Origin: a virus
Taxonomy: Duplodnaviria; Caudoviricetes
Length of the DNA: 64,000 nucleotides
Virus record (IMG/VR): IMGVR_UViG_3300008267_000012
Direction: 5' to 3' (one strand)
Part shown: positions 1 to 13,556 of the stretch, piece after piece
How positions within the stretch are numbered: the first letter of the stretch is position 1
How the letters are laid out: the number at the start of each line of letters is the position of its first letter
Notes under the pieces: model-generated
Seen by the model: the letters and a program-made list of their open reading frames with translations, nothing else
Told to the model about the DNA's origin: nothing
Database searches by the model: none
Translations under genes and position numbers: made by a program

Positions 1-150
1 TCAGACATTACCAATGCTACTTCGCTTGCGTTTTTGTTTGTCATAGTATAGTATATGAACTCAAGGCTCAAATCTTACATTTTATTTTAAAAAAAAATCC
101 CCATCATTTCTGAATGGGGATTCTACTACATAAACAACAAACAAACAAAT

Positions 151-3100
151 TTAATTTAAGGTTGATGATATTTTTATTGTATCAAAGTAAAGTTGATTGA
201 CATTTATTACATCTCTGTCATAATGAGCAATATTTAATTCAATATTATTAGTTTCATTTTTAATGAAATGATTAAAATTATCAGTCATAATAACATCAAT
301 GTTAAGAAACTTATATTGAGTTTGTTTACCAATGATAAAGAATGTATAATCATTTACCTTAACATTCTTTTCTTCAAGATAAGATTGAACACATTGACCT
401 TTCAATTCAACAATATCATCATAATCAACAATGGCATTATCAAAATGTTCAAACATTTTTACCTTCATAGTCTTTTGGACATTGAAACCAAATAGATTTT
501 CGGTTATATCCAAATTCATATTATCCTTTTTCATCTTATCAATAAGAACCCTATTCAAACCATCTTTGTATTTAATAAAATTGATTTTATTAAACTCAAC
601 TTTGAAATACTTTGATAGATAAGTTTTAAGCGAATGAATGTTTACAAGAATATTACTTTCCATATTTTATTTTTAGTATGTATAAAAAAAAGGTGGAACA
701 ATGTCCACCTTAAAGATTATGCAGTTTGCAAGATTGTATGAAAGTCCTTTGGATTACCCTCAAAGATTGTTTGCTTTTTGTAAACATCATAGCAGGACAT
801 TATCAATGAATCTTCATTAGGTTTACCACCAATACCTTTAGGGTATTTGTAGATTACATCATAGATATATTCTTCTCCACAATCTTTTGAATCGGGATGA
901 TGAATGTAAACATTCCCTACACCTTGTTTGAAATCAGCAATGAATTGAGCAGCAAGGCAACCAAGACCATTGAATAATCTTTTTTCACTTACACCAAACC
1001 CATTACACATTTCCCCTGACATTAGAAAGTCAGCAAGTTCCTTTCCGTGTCCTTGCGGATAACCATCATATTGGCGGTAAATGGTTGTGATGGTAATTTT
1101 TTCATCATCGTGTTGTGTGATGAATCTTGTTAAACTTCGTGTACCCATAATTTATTTATTTTAATTGTAATATAGTATATGAACTCATTGCCGAAATCTT
1201 ACAAAGATTCATAAAATCTTTCTGCCATTTCGGGATACAAATTAAGTCTTGTAAAATCAATTGAGGTATAAACATTATTGTATGATGCTTCATCATTGTA
1301 AATTTCATCCAATGAATTAAGAAAATCTTCACCCAAGAAATTTAATTCTCTTTTTAAGAATTCATAAATTTGAGTTTGTTGGTCATATTCAAAATTCTCA
1401 CGACAAAATCTAAATGTAAAATACACCTCTTTGATTTGTGAATCAGTTAGTTCATCAAATCTTATTCTAAATGATTTCATAATTGTTTTTGTTTTGTTTA
1501 CAATATAGTATATGAATTGATTGCTCAAATCTTACAAAAAAAAAGGGAGTATTTCTACTCCCTTTCTTTTCAAAACCTCCTTTTAATTTAATTAGAGGTT
1601 TCAGTTTCGGTTTCCTTTACTTTGAAGCGGATAACTGATGCGTTCAGTTTCTCACCACTCCGATTCACGGCATCAACAATGACTTGGAAAGCAATGTTGT
1701 TAAACTTCTTCTTGCCCGATACAATGGCATTGGAAATGTCCTTGTTTGGAAACCTACCTTTCAATGGATAGTTTTCGTGAGGGAACGAAAGTTGTGCCTT
1801 ACCATCATTTGCTTGTGCAAACTCAATGGCACTTACAAAGCGGTCAAATACCACTTGAACACTTGCTGCAAGTGGGCGAGAACCCCTTTGCTTGGTCATA
1901 TTACGAGCAGGGCGAATATCATCGTCATACTGCTCAATTACGAAGTCATTAACAATAACTTCACTCTGTGGTGTAGTAGATACTCCCATCTCTACAACCT
2001 CTTTTGAATTGGACTTTGCCATAAAATTTAGAAAATTTAATTTAACTTACAATATAATATATGAACTCACTTACGAAATCTTACAAATTATTTTAAATTA
2101 TTATTTTAATTACATCCTACGATAATCAACTTCATAATCTTCAATAATCCTTTCTTGCTCTTCGGTTAATTCATCACCGATGAATGTTAATTCCGTATAA
2201 TACTTTCTGAACGGAATGGAATCCTCAAACTCTTTCATCTGAGAATTGAACTCTTCTTTTGTGTTTGACTTTATTTGCTCCCCATACATTGCAGAGGAAT
2301 CTTTATCAAAGGCATAAGCATTAATTACTACCATAACTTATTTTGTTTTTGTTTACAATATAATATATGAACTCATTGCTCATATCTTACAAAAAAAGGG
2401 GAAATTTCTTTCCCCTTAGTTTTACATCTTACCAATGTTCTCATAAACATACTCCTGCACAAATTCATCAAGTTGATTTTGCAAATCATCTTCATCTAAA
2501 AAAGAATCATCACCTTCAACTATTGCCCAAGTAATTTCAGTTGTGCCAAAGTTTGGCATATCACGATACTCAACTGATACTTCCAATTCGTGTTCCTTTC
2601 CATTGTGTGTAATGGTCAGGTCAAGTGCAAGCCAAATCGTTGTGCTTGACACTTCTCTGTTTGTTACATTTATTTCCATTTTATTTAATTTTTAATTTAT
2701 CAAGTAATCCCACAATTTCAGATTGCAAATACTCCTTTGTAATGATGGAGTTTTTAGGAAACTCTTCCTTATTAATCATCTCATTGTAATGACCCAATGC
2801 CTCACCAATAAGATACTTCTGAAAACCTGTTAATTCAATCTTTTTCATTTTAATTTATTTTTGTTGTACTATAATATATGAACTCAAGTGTTAAATCTTA
2901 CATAAAGATTGAAAATATTTTTCTAATCTATTTTGCTTTGCCCTTGTCCATCCATACTCTGATGGAGTATCAACTATATGGTCAGCCTTTATACTAACCG
3001 CCTCACCAATCCAATCGGTATAACATTTAAGTTCATCCAATGTAAGAGAAACATAATTAGATTTAGCATAGGCTAATTTTTTAATTACTTCACCTCTTAC

Positions 3101-3971
3101 ACCATCAAACCTACCTTCTTCACAATTCTTGAAGATACCATCTTCCAAATCATAGTCATAACCACCACACAGATAGTATAGACCTTCATAACTAAGTTTG
3201 TCTGAGATTTTTCTTATTTTCTTTTTCATAACTTATTTTGTTTGTAATATAGTATATGAACTCATTGTTCATATCTTACATTTTATTTTAAAATAAAAAA
3301 ACCCATCGGTAAGACCAATGGGCTTTCGGCTGTAAAACTAAGGTATATTCTTTTAAGATTGGAAGTTTATTCTGCAATCATAGATTACTTCACCATCAGG
3401 TGTTACCCTATACCAATCTTGAATGTAGGATGCCCAAAGTTGATGTGTGATAAGTATCTGCTTGTTATACAACTTAGCATACTTTTTTGCTTCACGCTTT
3501 GCTTCACGCAAATCATCAAACTCATAATACTCACCATTATTAGGCTCAAAACTTGATACTCTACTCATTTTGTTTTTGTTTTGTTGTACTATAATATATG
3601 ATTTCACTTACGAAATCTTACATTTTATTTTAAAATAAAAAAACCCCATCAGTAAGACCAATGGGGTTTTCAAACAACTAATGAATAATCAGTTCCTCAT
3701 GAAATTTCTCAGGTACTTTATGAATAGGATTATCATAAGCATCATTAAAGGTATTAGATAATATACCATCCTTAATGTATGCCCAATGTCTATCCGTTTC
3801 CATATTATTGGTGTACTCATATCGGACAAGGCATATATCCATTCTTTCATTATTTTCAACCCAATAATGAAGATGACCTAAATCAGCCAACCTTTCAGCA
3901 AAATGGGAATCAATAATGTCATTGTGAGCATCCACAATTTCGTAGCACCATTCGTAAGTAATCTCTTTCAT
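151..3971 (-). other. Early-type array of short hypothetical ORFs (151-663, 717-1148, ~1199-1480, 1588-2022, 2110-2334, 2422-2679, 2891-3229, ~3353-3568, 3678-3971)
   Basis: Co-oriented ORFs, most with their own promoter module and a downstream hairpin plus U-tract. ORF-track starts at 1528 and 3607 fall inside the promoter motif, so the true starts are probably downstream. Confidence 0.8.
717..1148 (-). CDS. Conserved phage hypothetical protein (MGTRS...YRQYDGYP.GHG family)
   Basis: Motif IYRQYDGYPQGHGKELADFL is typical of a widespread phage early protein; own promoter module at 1170-1203. Confidence 0.7.
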   Translation of the reverse strand: MGTRSLTRFITQHDDEKITITTIYRQYDGYPQGHGKELADFLMSGEMCNGFGVSEKRLFNGLGCLAAQFIADFKQGVGNVYIHHPDSKDCGEEYIYDVIYKYPKGIGGKPNEDSLIMSCYDVYKKQTIFEGNPKDFHTILQTA

Positions 3972-4074
3972 AATGTTTATGCGTTTGTGATATAGTATAT
4001 GAACTCACCTTACAAATCTTACAAAAAAAAATAAAAAGTTTTTTCTAAGAACTACTTATAGAAAACATATATCT

Positions 4075-4500
4075 ATGGAATCTCAATCCCTTAAAGACAA
4101 ACTCTTTGAAGAAATTAAACAACAAAAAGAATCTAAAATTAATTTTATTTCATTGGTTTCTAAATTACTTGATTCTCAAAGACAAATACATATCTTCCAT
4201 CTTCAAACTAAATCATTTGCTGAACATAAAGCATTACAAGATTATTATGATGCCATTGGTGATTTAGTTGATGGTATTGTTGAATCTTATCAAGGTAAAT
4301 ATGGTATCATCTCAGGTTGGAAATCTTTTTCTACTGAAGAATATCAATCAACTGAACAAGTCATTGTTTATTTAAAATCATTAACAAATGACATTGCTTC
4401 TGTCTTTAGTATTATTAAAGATACTTATATCCAAAATCAATTAGATGAAGTAACTGCATTAATCAATTCCACATTATACAAATTAAGATTTTTAAAATAA
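4075..4500 (+). CDS. Ferritin/Dps-like four-helix protein (DUF5856-type)
   Basis: HIFHLQTKSFAEHKALQDYYDAIGDLVDGIVESYQGKYG resembles the ferritin-like H...H...D..D...E iron-ligand pattern. ACTACTTATA late-like motif at 4051; hairpin terminator after the stop. Confidence 0.75.
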   Translation: MESQSLKDKLFEEIKQQKESKINFISLVSKLLDSQRQIHIFHLQTKSFAEHKALQDYYDAIGDLVDGIVESYQGKYGIISGWKSFSTEEYQSTEQVIVYLKSLTNDIASVFSIIKDTYIQNQLDEVTALINSTLYKLRFLK

Positions 4501-4618
4501 GCAAATTTCCCCTCTCCCGTTTAATTTGTTTTATCATTGGAAGGACTAACAACATTAGTCCTTTTTTTATTTTATTTTTAATATTATCATTGTTTGTATC
4601 ATTGTCATTGTCTATAAA

Positions 4619-4772
4619 ACAATGTCTATAAAAACATTGTTTGTAGTTCAACAATGTTTAGAACAATGTCATCTTTAACAATGTTTGTTCATACAATGTA
4701 TATGATAACAATGTTTGTTAAAACAATGTTTGCATTTATTAACATTTATTTCATACAATATTAGAACAATGT
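4619..4772. repeat. ACAATGT array, about 15-bp period
   Basis: ACAATGT at 4619, 4651, 4663, 4678, 4693, 4708, 4723 and 4766, plus inverted ACATTGT at 4634. Confidence 0.9.
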
Positions 4773-4982
4773 ACTATTTTTATACTATTTATATATGAAT
4801 GGCATTATAAGAATTATTGTTATTGTAAATGTTTGATTATTAAGTAGTTAGATATTAAAAAAGTAACTTAGTTTAGTATAATTTCATCTTAGAAATGTTA
4901 TAAAAAAATGTTACTTGTGTGGCATTATTGAAAATGTGCGGTCAACACTTTGCTCAATGATTTCTACATAAAACGCATTATA

Positions 4983-5028
4983 TCAATGAGTTATAACATT
5001 CTCAATGGTATCATTTGTAACTCATTGA
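4983..5028. repeat. Perfect 11-bp inverted repeat TCAATGAGTTA/TAACTCATTGA with 24-nt spacer
   Basis: Arms at 4983-4993 and 5018-5028, in a 660-bp ORF-free region between convergent genes. Confidence 0.85.
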
Positions 5029-5160
5029 CACACAATCATAGCAACTTATTGTAAATAAACACTTTATAAAAGAACTTATAAAAGTAGATATAATACTATA
5101 AATCAAGTATTATATCCCCATTATTTACCACAATGCTCCACAACGCACCACAGAGAAGAA

Positions 5161-6030
5161 TTAGGTAAATAATTCATCTAAATCTACTTCATCATTTATA
5201 TTATGGAATCTATTTTTATTATTAAAGTAAGTATTTATGGATTGCATATCAGAACCTGAAAGGTCAAACCATTCACCTCTTATTCTTTTATGTTTAAACA
5301 TAGAATGAAGATTTCTTTCATCAATTATTTTGGCATCAAAAGTTTGTAATAGTTCAATAGTAGGTTTTTCTGATTGTAGAGTTTTTTCTCTTTTAATAGC
5401 ACTAAGCGACCTACCTATTTTATAATAACCTGTATTTTTATCAATCATTACATAAACTTGTGTAAAGGTATTAGCAATTACTTTAGGTTCTTGTTTTTTT
5501 TCTATTTCTATTAGGTGAGATATTTTTATTTTATCGCTATCGGTATAATTTTTACCTACTTTAATATAATTAGAATTTAGCAATTCACCTCTAACGGCTA
5601 ATACTAAAGTATTATCAATGTTTATAATTTTTTTTGGATTAAAAGATATATCAAGTGGTTTAAAATAATAGATTTCATTTTCATCATAGTCATCACCATA
5701 ATTAGAATAAGTATTATAGAAAGCATTTTTAATATCAACTATTTGATATATTTTATCTTTTTTGGGAAAATGTTTTTTTATATTTCTACTATTTTCTTGA
5801 CACCACTTAGTAAACTCTTCTTTTTTATCTTTTAATATTTTATTTAATTCTTGAACTTGTGAATTAAATTTTTCTATTTCATCAATATAATTTATGGTAT
5901 TAAGATTAGTATTATTTTTATTAATACATTTTTTACAAGCAGATGCTAAACCATCATTTCTACTTTTATCATTAGTAAAATCAGTTCTTAGTTTTTCAAC
6001 TTTGCATCTTGGACATACTTTTGTTTTCAT
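5161..6030 (-). CDS. Zn-ribbon plus GIY-YIG/T5orf172-family nuclease domain protein
   Basis: N-terminal CPRC...CKKC; C-terminal VYVMIDKNTGYYKIGRS...ERNLHSMFKHKRIRGEWFDL. Confidence 0.8.
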   Translation of the reverse strand: MKTKVCPRCKVEKLRTDFTNDKSRNDGLASACKKCINKNNTNLNTINYIDEIEKFNSQVQELNKILKDKKEEFTKWCQENSRNIKKHFPKKDKIYQIVDIKNAFYNTYSNYGDDYDENEIYYFKPLDISFNPKKIINIDNTLVLAVRGELLNSNYIKVGKNYTDSDKIKISHLIEIEKKQEPKVIANTFTQVYVMIDKNTGYYKIGRSLSAIKREKTLQSEKPTIELLQTFDAKIIDERNLHSMFKHKRIRGEWFDLSGSDMQSINTYFNNKNRFHNINDEVDLDELFT

Positions 6031-6129
6031 AGGTATAAAATTTTATTTATACAAAAATAAAGGAGTAAATTTTAAAAACCAATAGGTGATAAAAAAATGG
6101 TCAAGGATGACTAAGGATGATAAAAGAAA

Positions 6130-6321
6130 TTATTTCTTTTTCTTTTTGCAGCAGGATTTTTTTTCTATTTTATTTATTGTATCATTAGGAACAAGACCTA
6201 CACAATATTTAGGAGAATCATTTAGTTTTAGTTTACAACAAGATTTCTTTTTAATACAAGTTGTGGTAGTATCTTTAGGATTATTTAAAGATAGTAGAGA
6301 TAGTAGTAAAAGAGTTTTCAT
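6130..6321 (-). CDS. Small Cys/Lys-rich peptide with hydrophobic N-terminus
   Basis: MKTLLLLSLLSL signal-like start; KKSCCK occurs twice; 6 Cys. Confidence 0.55.
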   Translation of the reverse strand: MKTLLLLSLLSLNNPKDTTTTCIKKKSCCKLKLNDSPKYCVGLVPNDTINKIEKKSCCKKKKK

Positions 6322-6345
6322 AATATAAGAAATTGAATGTAAATT

Positions 6346-6642
6346 TTAATCTATATTCTTAGGAGGTAGTTTGTAATGCAGAACGAGTAAATCGTGCAAT
6401 TTTCTCAATAGTTTATAAGGAGATTTTTCTAATTTAATTATTTTATTATCATTAACTTCTTTATTATTGACATATTTTCTTGTATAGATATTTTCTGTAT
6501 CAAATCCTTCAACTTGGATATGGTTTTTACATTGATTCCAACAAAGATAAAGAATAGTAGTTCCATCTACTTCAATAGTGGAATTTACTTTGTATGTTGA
6601 AATGATATATCTAATATCATTGACTAAATCTTCTCTTTTCAT
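6346..6642 (-). CDS. Hypothetical protein behind late-type motif
   Basis: 98-aa ORF; plus-strand TAAATAGT (ACTATTTA on coding strand) at 6662. Confidence 0.6.
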   Translation of the reverse strand: MKREDLVNDIRYIISTYKVNSTIEVDGTTILYLCWNQCKNHIQVEGFDTENIYTRKYVNNKEVNDNKIIKLEKSPYKLLRKLHDLLVLHYKLPPKNID

Positions 6643-9600
6643 TAATTGCGTTATGTTATATTAAATAGTTAAAATAATATTAAAAACTGCTTAGAAATGA
6701 ATATGATAGTATAATTAAAATAATATTTATTATTATGGGTATAAAAAAACCTATCGGGAAATTAATCACCGATAGGTTCAACAAAACAAAATAAACAAGA
6801 GGTGTTACTTATTATCTTTTTAATTTAATCCATTGGATTATTGTATCAGCATAATAAGCAGTAGTAAGGTCAGTAAGGAAGAAAAACATTTTGTTTTGAG
6901 CATCTGAATCATTTTTTGCTATTGTAATTCTTGTAAATTCTTTGGCATTGCTTTGATTAGAGGTTTTCTTATAACCTTGTGTTGCATCCCATTCTTTACC
7001 GATTATTGCAATTTGATTGGTATTGATTTCAACTGAAATAACACCACCTTGTGCATATTCACCAATTTTCCAAGTCTTTTTCATAATGATTTTATTTTAA
7101 GTATTACAAAAGAAATCTTCATCAACAAAAGAATAATCAGCATAATGATTTTTAATTAAGTCCATAGGTATTTCTTCTTCTGAATTAATTTCTTTACCCA
7201 TAACTTCATCTAACGAACCATCATCAAGTGCTTGATAATAATATCTGCTTCTTAATTCTTCTAATTCGTTTTGATTTAATTCATTTACATTTCTATACAT
7301 ATCAAATATCGGTTAAATATTCATCGGTTAAACAAATAGGGCAACCCCAATAATTATCATCTTTATTGTATTTATCTTTTACACCACCACCAAAGAATTG
7401 CATATCTAATTCAATACCTTTCAATGAATATTCTTTAGCATTTATTTGTGGGTTATTATCAATTAAGATAGAATCACAATTATTACATTTACAAAGATTA
7501 GCGGTACTCATTTTATTTTAATCTTCTAAGATAGAATCAAGTAAGACATTTATTTTTTTTCCTTTATAGGAGATACAAGCGGAAGCGAAGTTTCCAAAAC
7601 TTTCATAATAGAGTATGGTTCTTTGAACTTCTTTATTTGATTTAGTTTTGAATGTTCTTTTATCTTTAACACCATTATTAAAGATAACCCATCTACTTCC
7701 CGAATTATTTAAATAATACACACCATTTCTCATAGTATTAAATCATTGAAAGTACAACATCAATAAAGGATTGTAAATAGCCAAGATGTTTTAATTCTCT
7801 TATTATATGGTCATCATCAAGTAATTCACAATATGATAATTGATTACCATTAGTATGAAATGTTAGTACATAACCATTATCATTGGCATAGACCATTACT
7901 TTATGTTTGCCATTTTCTATTTGTCCTAAGTAAGTATTCATATTATTTTATTTAATTTCTAAATTTGAACAATAATCTTCAATGTATTCCATTGCATCGG
8001 ATATACCCAAAACAGAAAATTCAAAATCTTCATTCTCTATTGCTATACCTTTAGCAAAGTCAATAAAATCATTTTCACCTCCCTGAAAAATAATCTTATC
8101 TTCTATATTGTTGTTACCATCATTACTTACTATTTGATAACCGATTAGTTTATTCATTTTATTTTAAATAATCAGCGAGAAAACATAGTTGATTAGCGGT
8201 AAGTTCATAAGGAGTAAAGATATAACTATCTCCAAGATAATCACCAAGAGCATAACCATAAAGGTCAAGACTTTCACCTTCTCTATTAATACTTATAATA
8301 GCATAGGTTATTAATTCATTGTATTTATTATTAAATTCAACATTAGGGAGTTCCCAAAGTATATCATCGGATTCTAAATTATCCAATTCTTCTTTTGAGA
8401 TAAGTTCAAGTTTTTCTCCATCTTTTACTTTTGAGAGGATGAACTTACGAGCATCATCTTCAATGGCAATAATTTTTTCTGTAAAATTCATAATTTTGTT
8501 TTTTAAGTTTTGTTACACTATAATATATGATTTCGGTTGCGAAATCTTACAAAAAAAAGGGAAATTTCTTTCCATTTAATTTTATACAAATAAAGTAAGT
8601 TCCATTAAATCACCTACATTACCTTCAATTTGCATACAGATTTCTGCTTCTTCAATGGTATTGTTTTTGTATTTGAAAGCGGAATCGGATAAATCTACTT
8701 TGATAAAATTATCAAAGCGGTCATCAAATGAATTGTAAAGAAACAAATCACCATTGCGAGTATAGAAACCAACTACTTTGATTTCTTCTTCTTGTTTTAC
8801 TTCTTCTTGTTTGGGATTAAAATAATCACCAAGTTTTTTGAATATATCAATCATATTAATTAATTTGTTTTATTGTATCAAGGTAAATGATTTCATAGTT
8901 AATGCAGATATATTCTCTGCTTTCGTTTTCCCAATCGGTAAAGACTTCGCATAAACCCATTGGTTTATCATCAAGAAATACACCAATCATACTACCATTA
9001 TCTTCATAGGATAATTGGTCATAGGATTTGAAATCTAATTGTAAATCATCTGAATATTTTTTCATTTTAATTTAAAATTTCTTTTTGTATGAATTATGTT
9101 CCAAAATGTAAATAATATCTTTTAAGGTATCAAGTAACCTTTCCTTGTTATCAAGTTTAGGTAAATTGAGATTGATATGCAAATCAGAACGAAAAATAGG
9201 TATATTAAAGGTTACCCATCCGTGTCTATGAGTAGAATCTAAAAAACCTTTATCAGCATTTGCACCAATATCTTTATACTTTTCATATAATTTTCCTAAT
9301 GGTTTGATATGGTCATTACCCGAAGATACTGAATAATAACCCAAACACTTTGCATTGAATTTAATACCATCTTTATTGGCAGTAAAAGTATATGAACCAT
9401 AATTATTATTATTTGCACTTGTTTTAATTCTAATTGTGGTAGAATCGGTATTATCTTCAATACAGAAATTTGTATAAAATACTTTTTCCAAATCTTTGAT
9501 TAAAGATAGTGCAAAGTTTTTGTTCTCTTTTGTTTCTTCAATGGCATTAACCTTGTCAACATCCATTGCTTCTAAGAATAAATTCATTTTGTTTTTTAAG

Positions 9601-12600
9601 TTTTGTTACAATATACTATATGAACTCAAGGTTCAAATCTTACAAAAAAAAGGGAAATTTCTTTCCCTTTAATTTAAAATTCCGTGAGGGTCAGCAACCA
9701 AATCATCATAATCAGTTACAGATAATGGACAATTAAGTTTTTCTTCCATTTCAAAGAAATCCCAATCTTCATCTTCTGAATTATTCAAGTAGTTATACTT
9801 ATTAATTGAATAATGCGGAAGAAGAATAACAACTTCATCTTTAGGACAATTTTTGATTTGATTTAATACTTCATCAGTATCAAACATTTCCATTAATTTA
9901 TTTGTCATTGTTATTTTAATTTAATGATATTACAATAAGATTCTAATTCATCCAAAGGTATTCTTCCATAATGTGTTGAAGAATAATAACCTTGTCTTTC
10001 ATATCTTTTCTTCCATTGAGTAAAAGCATCATAGGCTTCTTCAAATGTTTTATAGATTTCATCATAAGTGATTGAAAATCCATCGGGAGAAATAACATCA
10101 AATTTATTTTTCATTTTTATTTTAATTTAAATATAACTCCAAAATATTGATATTGTATAAGAACCATTTGTATAATAACCATCTTCAATGGCATCATCTA
10201 ATTCATCTTCGTCAGCACCATTCTCAATGGCTTTTTGTTTAAAAAGATTTTCGGCTTGTTGCACAACATCTTCTGATAGTTGTTCTTCATACACACCAAA
10301 ACTTTCAATTCCAATAACACCACCACAAATAGTGGTATCTGCTGAACTTTCAATAATATTGATTACTCTCATTTTATTTTATTTATTTTCTTCAAGGTAT
10401 TCTTCAATCAATTCTTTAATATCAAAGATACACAAATCTACTTGATGACTTACTGAATCACCATCTTCAATTTCTTGTAAACAGAGTTCGTATAATCCAA
10501 CCATTTTACTTTTAAGGTCGGGATATAACTCAATTTGTTCTTTGATGAAAGTTCTAAGGTATTGTAAATTCATTTTATTTTTGTTTTAGTTCTTGTTCAA
10601 TAATTTCAATAATAGAAATCATATCATTGAATGATTCTCTACCTTCTTCGGTAGAACAATCCCAAGAACCATCCAAACCTTCCTCACAACTCATTTTGAG
10701 GATATTTAACAAATCAAATACTTTTTTCATTTTCTTTTTAAGTTTTGTTACACTATATTATATGATTTCACCTTTGAAATCTTACAAAAAAAAGATAAAA
10801 AAAATCCCTCCGAATTTCAGAGGGAATTTTCAATAGTTTAAACACAATTAACCCAAATATAGATTTTTATGAGTGCATATCCACGAAAACCACCCAAACT
10901 TTATTATAAGAATCATCAGAATACATCATATTAGTTACGCCACATTCATCATATTTGTAACAATACAATACATCATCCAATACATTAAATGATTTATCTT
11001 TAAAAGGTGAAACTTGTGATAAGTGTTCAGCATACTTTGATAAACTCCAAAGTTCGTGCGGATTCCATTCATCTAAATTAAATTCATTTTTATTTAATTT
11101 CTCTTTGGCAACAGAACCATAAAAACAATCCTTCATCCAACCATTAACACACTCATTGATTAGTTCAATGGTAGTTAAATCACTTTCATTAGGTCTGTAT
11201 CTTCCATCCCCTGCATCAAAGACTTCATCATCTTGACTGACTGCACCACACATAGTGCGCCAATTATTTTCGTTACCAAAACTCATAAGTTCTGATTCTA
11301 CTTGTTCACAAGCATCTTGACCCGAAGATGCTTTAATTACTACAAAATGTAAGTTGTGCATAATTTTTTGTTTTAATTTTGTTACACTATAATATATGAT
11401 TTCGGTTGCGAAATCTTACAAAAAAAGGGAGAAAATTTCTCCCTTTAATTTTAATCACCATAATAACATAATGTGTACTCTCTTATACCATTCCAAGTTT
11501 CGGAAATAGTTGCTTTGTTTCCGCTTGAACTATAAGTTTTCCAACCAAACCTATGATTACCAACAAAGAGAATACTTTCAATCATTTGTCTTATTTCACT
11601 TCCGTGTTGATTTGGAACTCTAATGAATGTTTTTCTATTACCTTGTTTAAGACTATGCTCAATCTCATTCATAGTATTATCAAAGATTCTCTGAATTTCT
11701 TCCTTCTCTGCTTGAGCATTAAATACAAATCTGTTTTCCATTTTCAATTAATTTTCTAAATCAACAAATATATTTAAATCATTTCCAATTCTACTTTTAA
11801 GAATTTCTAATTCTTCTGTATATTCAGTATCATACAAATCATCTAAAACTCTTTGAGTAGTTACCATTGTTCTATGAGAATCACCCCAAGTAACTCTACC
11901 TGACATTGCTAATTCACCAAACAAATCATCAATACCTTGAAATAGGTCAGATGCTAATATAAATTCACAAGTAAACTTTTCCATTTTATTTAATTTTAGA
12001 GATTAATAATTCACTTACAATAATATCTTGAATTTCAAATTCAGTTTGGTCATCAGTATCAATGCAGTTCTTTACATAACCTTCTTGTACTAATTTATCT
12101 ACAATACGAATTGCAATATCTTTGCAATCATCAAGAAACATTTGTGCTTCTTCTTCAGTAGCGAAATACTTCCTATTGGGTTTATGTAATTTAACTGATT
12201 CATCATCCCAACAAGACCATACAACTTCATCATTATCAATGGTGTAGTAATCATCACCTTCATTAATCCACATACCTTTTCTTCCATAGAAAGATGGTAT
12301 AAAGCCTTGCATTTCTTTTTCTTCTTTACTCATAGCATAAAGATTTCTTTCTTCTTGATTATCTAAATTGTAAATCATTTTATTTTATTTTAATTTAAGA
12401 ACCACTACTCATTATCAATGTATTCATCCTTTGGGAAGTCTTCTCCAAATAAATTTGGTGCGCTTCTTCTGTATGGTCTTTACAACCACAAACCCATCTA
12501 CTATTAATTGCATCAGCAAATGGTGGTGTATAGACATTATACTTCTCAATTTCTTCTGACTTGCAAACCACACAAGTTTGAACATCTCCGTAATAATTTG

Positions 12601-12609
12601 TTACTCTCA

Positions 12610-13297
12610 TTGTTTTTAAGTTTTGTTACAATATACTATATGATTTCACCTTTGAAATCTTACAAAAAAAGGGAAACATTTCTGAATCCCTTTTTTTATT
12701 TTAGTAATCCAACATTTTTTCTAATTCAATTCTCCTTGTATGGTCTTTAACATCCCTATCAATGATATGTACTTTAATTACATCAGCACCAACTTCAAAG
12801 ACTTGTGCAACTGATTCCAAAGGATATACAAACTTTTTTGATTCACAATGCCCTTTCCAATTTTTGTGAACAATTATTTTACCACTAAAATCATAGGTAA
12901 GTTTTTCTCCTTCTCTTGGACAAAAGAAAATAATTTTAATGTATCCTCTTCCGTGTCCAAATTCAAAGGTCATTGACAAACCATTTGATTCTCTGCTAAG
13001 ATACCAATCTCCAATGTGAAGATTAATTGATTTGAATGTTGGTAATTCAAGTTCATCAATTATTACATCATTGATTTTGTAAATGTAATCCTTAATCAAT
13101 TCCACAAACTTTTGTGCAACTTGATTATTATGTTCTTGAATTTCTTTAGCAGTTTGATTTGCCTTGTTTGTTAAGTCTTTCAAATCAAAGACTGATAAAT
13201 CAATATTTCCGTTAATTGCTTTTAATGTAAACATTTTGTTTTTAAGTTTTGTTACAATATACTATATGATTTCACCTTTGAAATCTTACAAAAAAAG
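12610..13297. repeat. Identical 62-bp direct repeats (promoter module plus leader) flanking ORF 12701-13234
   Basis: 12610-12671 equals 13236-13297 (TTGTTTTTAAG...TCTTACAAAAAAAG). Confidence 0.9.
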
Positions 13298-13556
13298 ATA
13301 AAAAAAATCCCCCCAAAATTTGAGAGGACTTTTAAAATAAAAGTTCACAACTAAACACTATTCTTCGGGTTCATCAATCATTTTGATTGAGTAACCATAT
13401 TCTTCCATATAATCTTTTTCAATATCATTGATTAGACTTTCAATGAACTGATAAGGAGAACTATAATTAAAACGATAATTAGGATATTTTTCCTTTAGTT
13501 TATCAATATCTACTAATACTTCAATATTGAAATTGAATTTAAGATTTGCCATACTT

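Noticed and set aside
5120-5152. Bona fide DnaA boxes
   Set aside because: Only the CCACA half matches TTATCCACA; kept as phased repeats, not called DnaA boxes.
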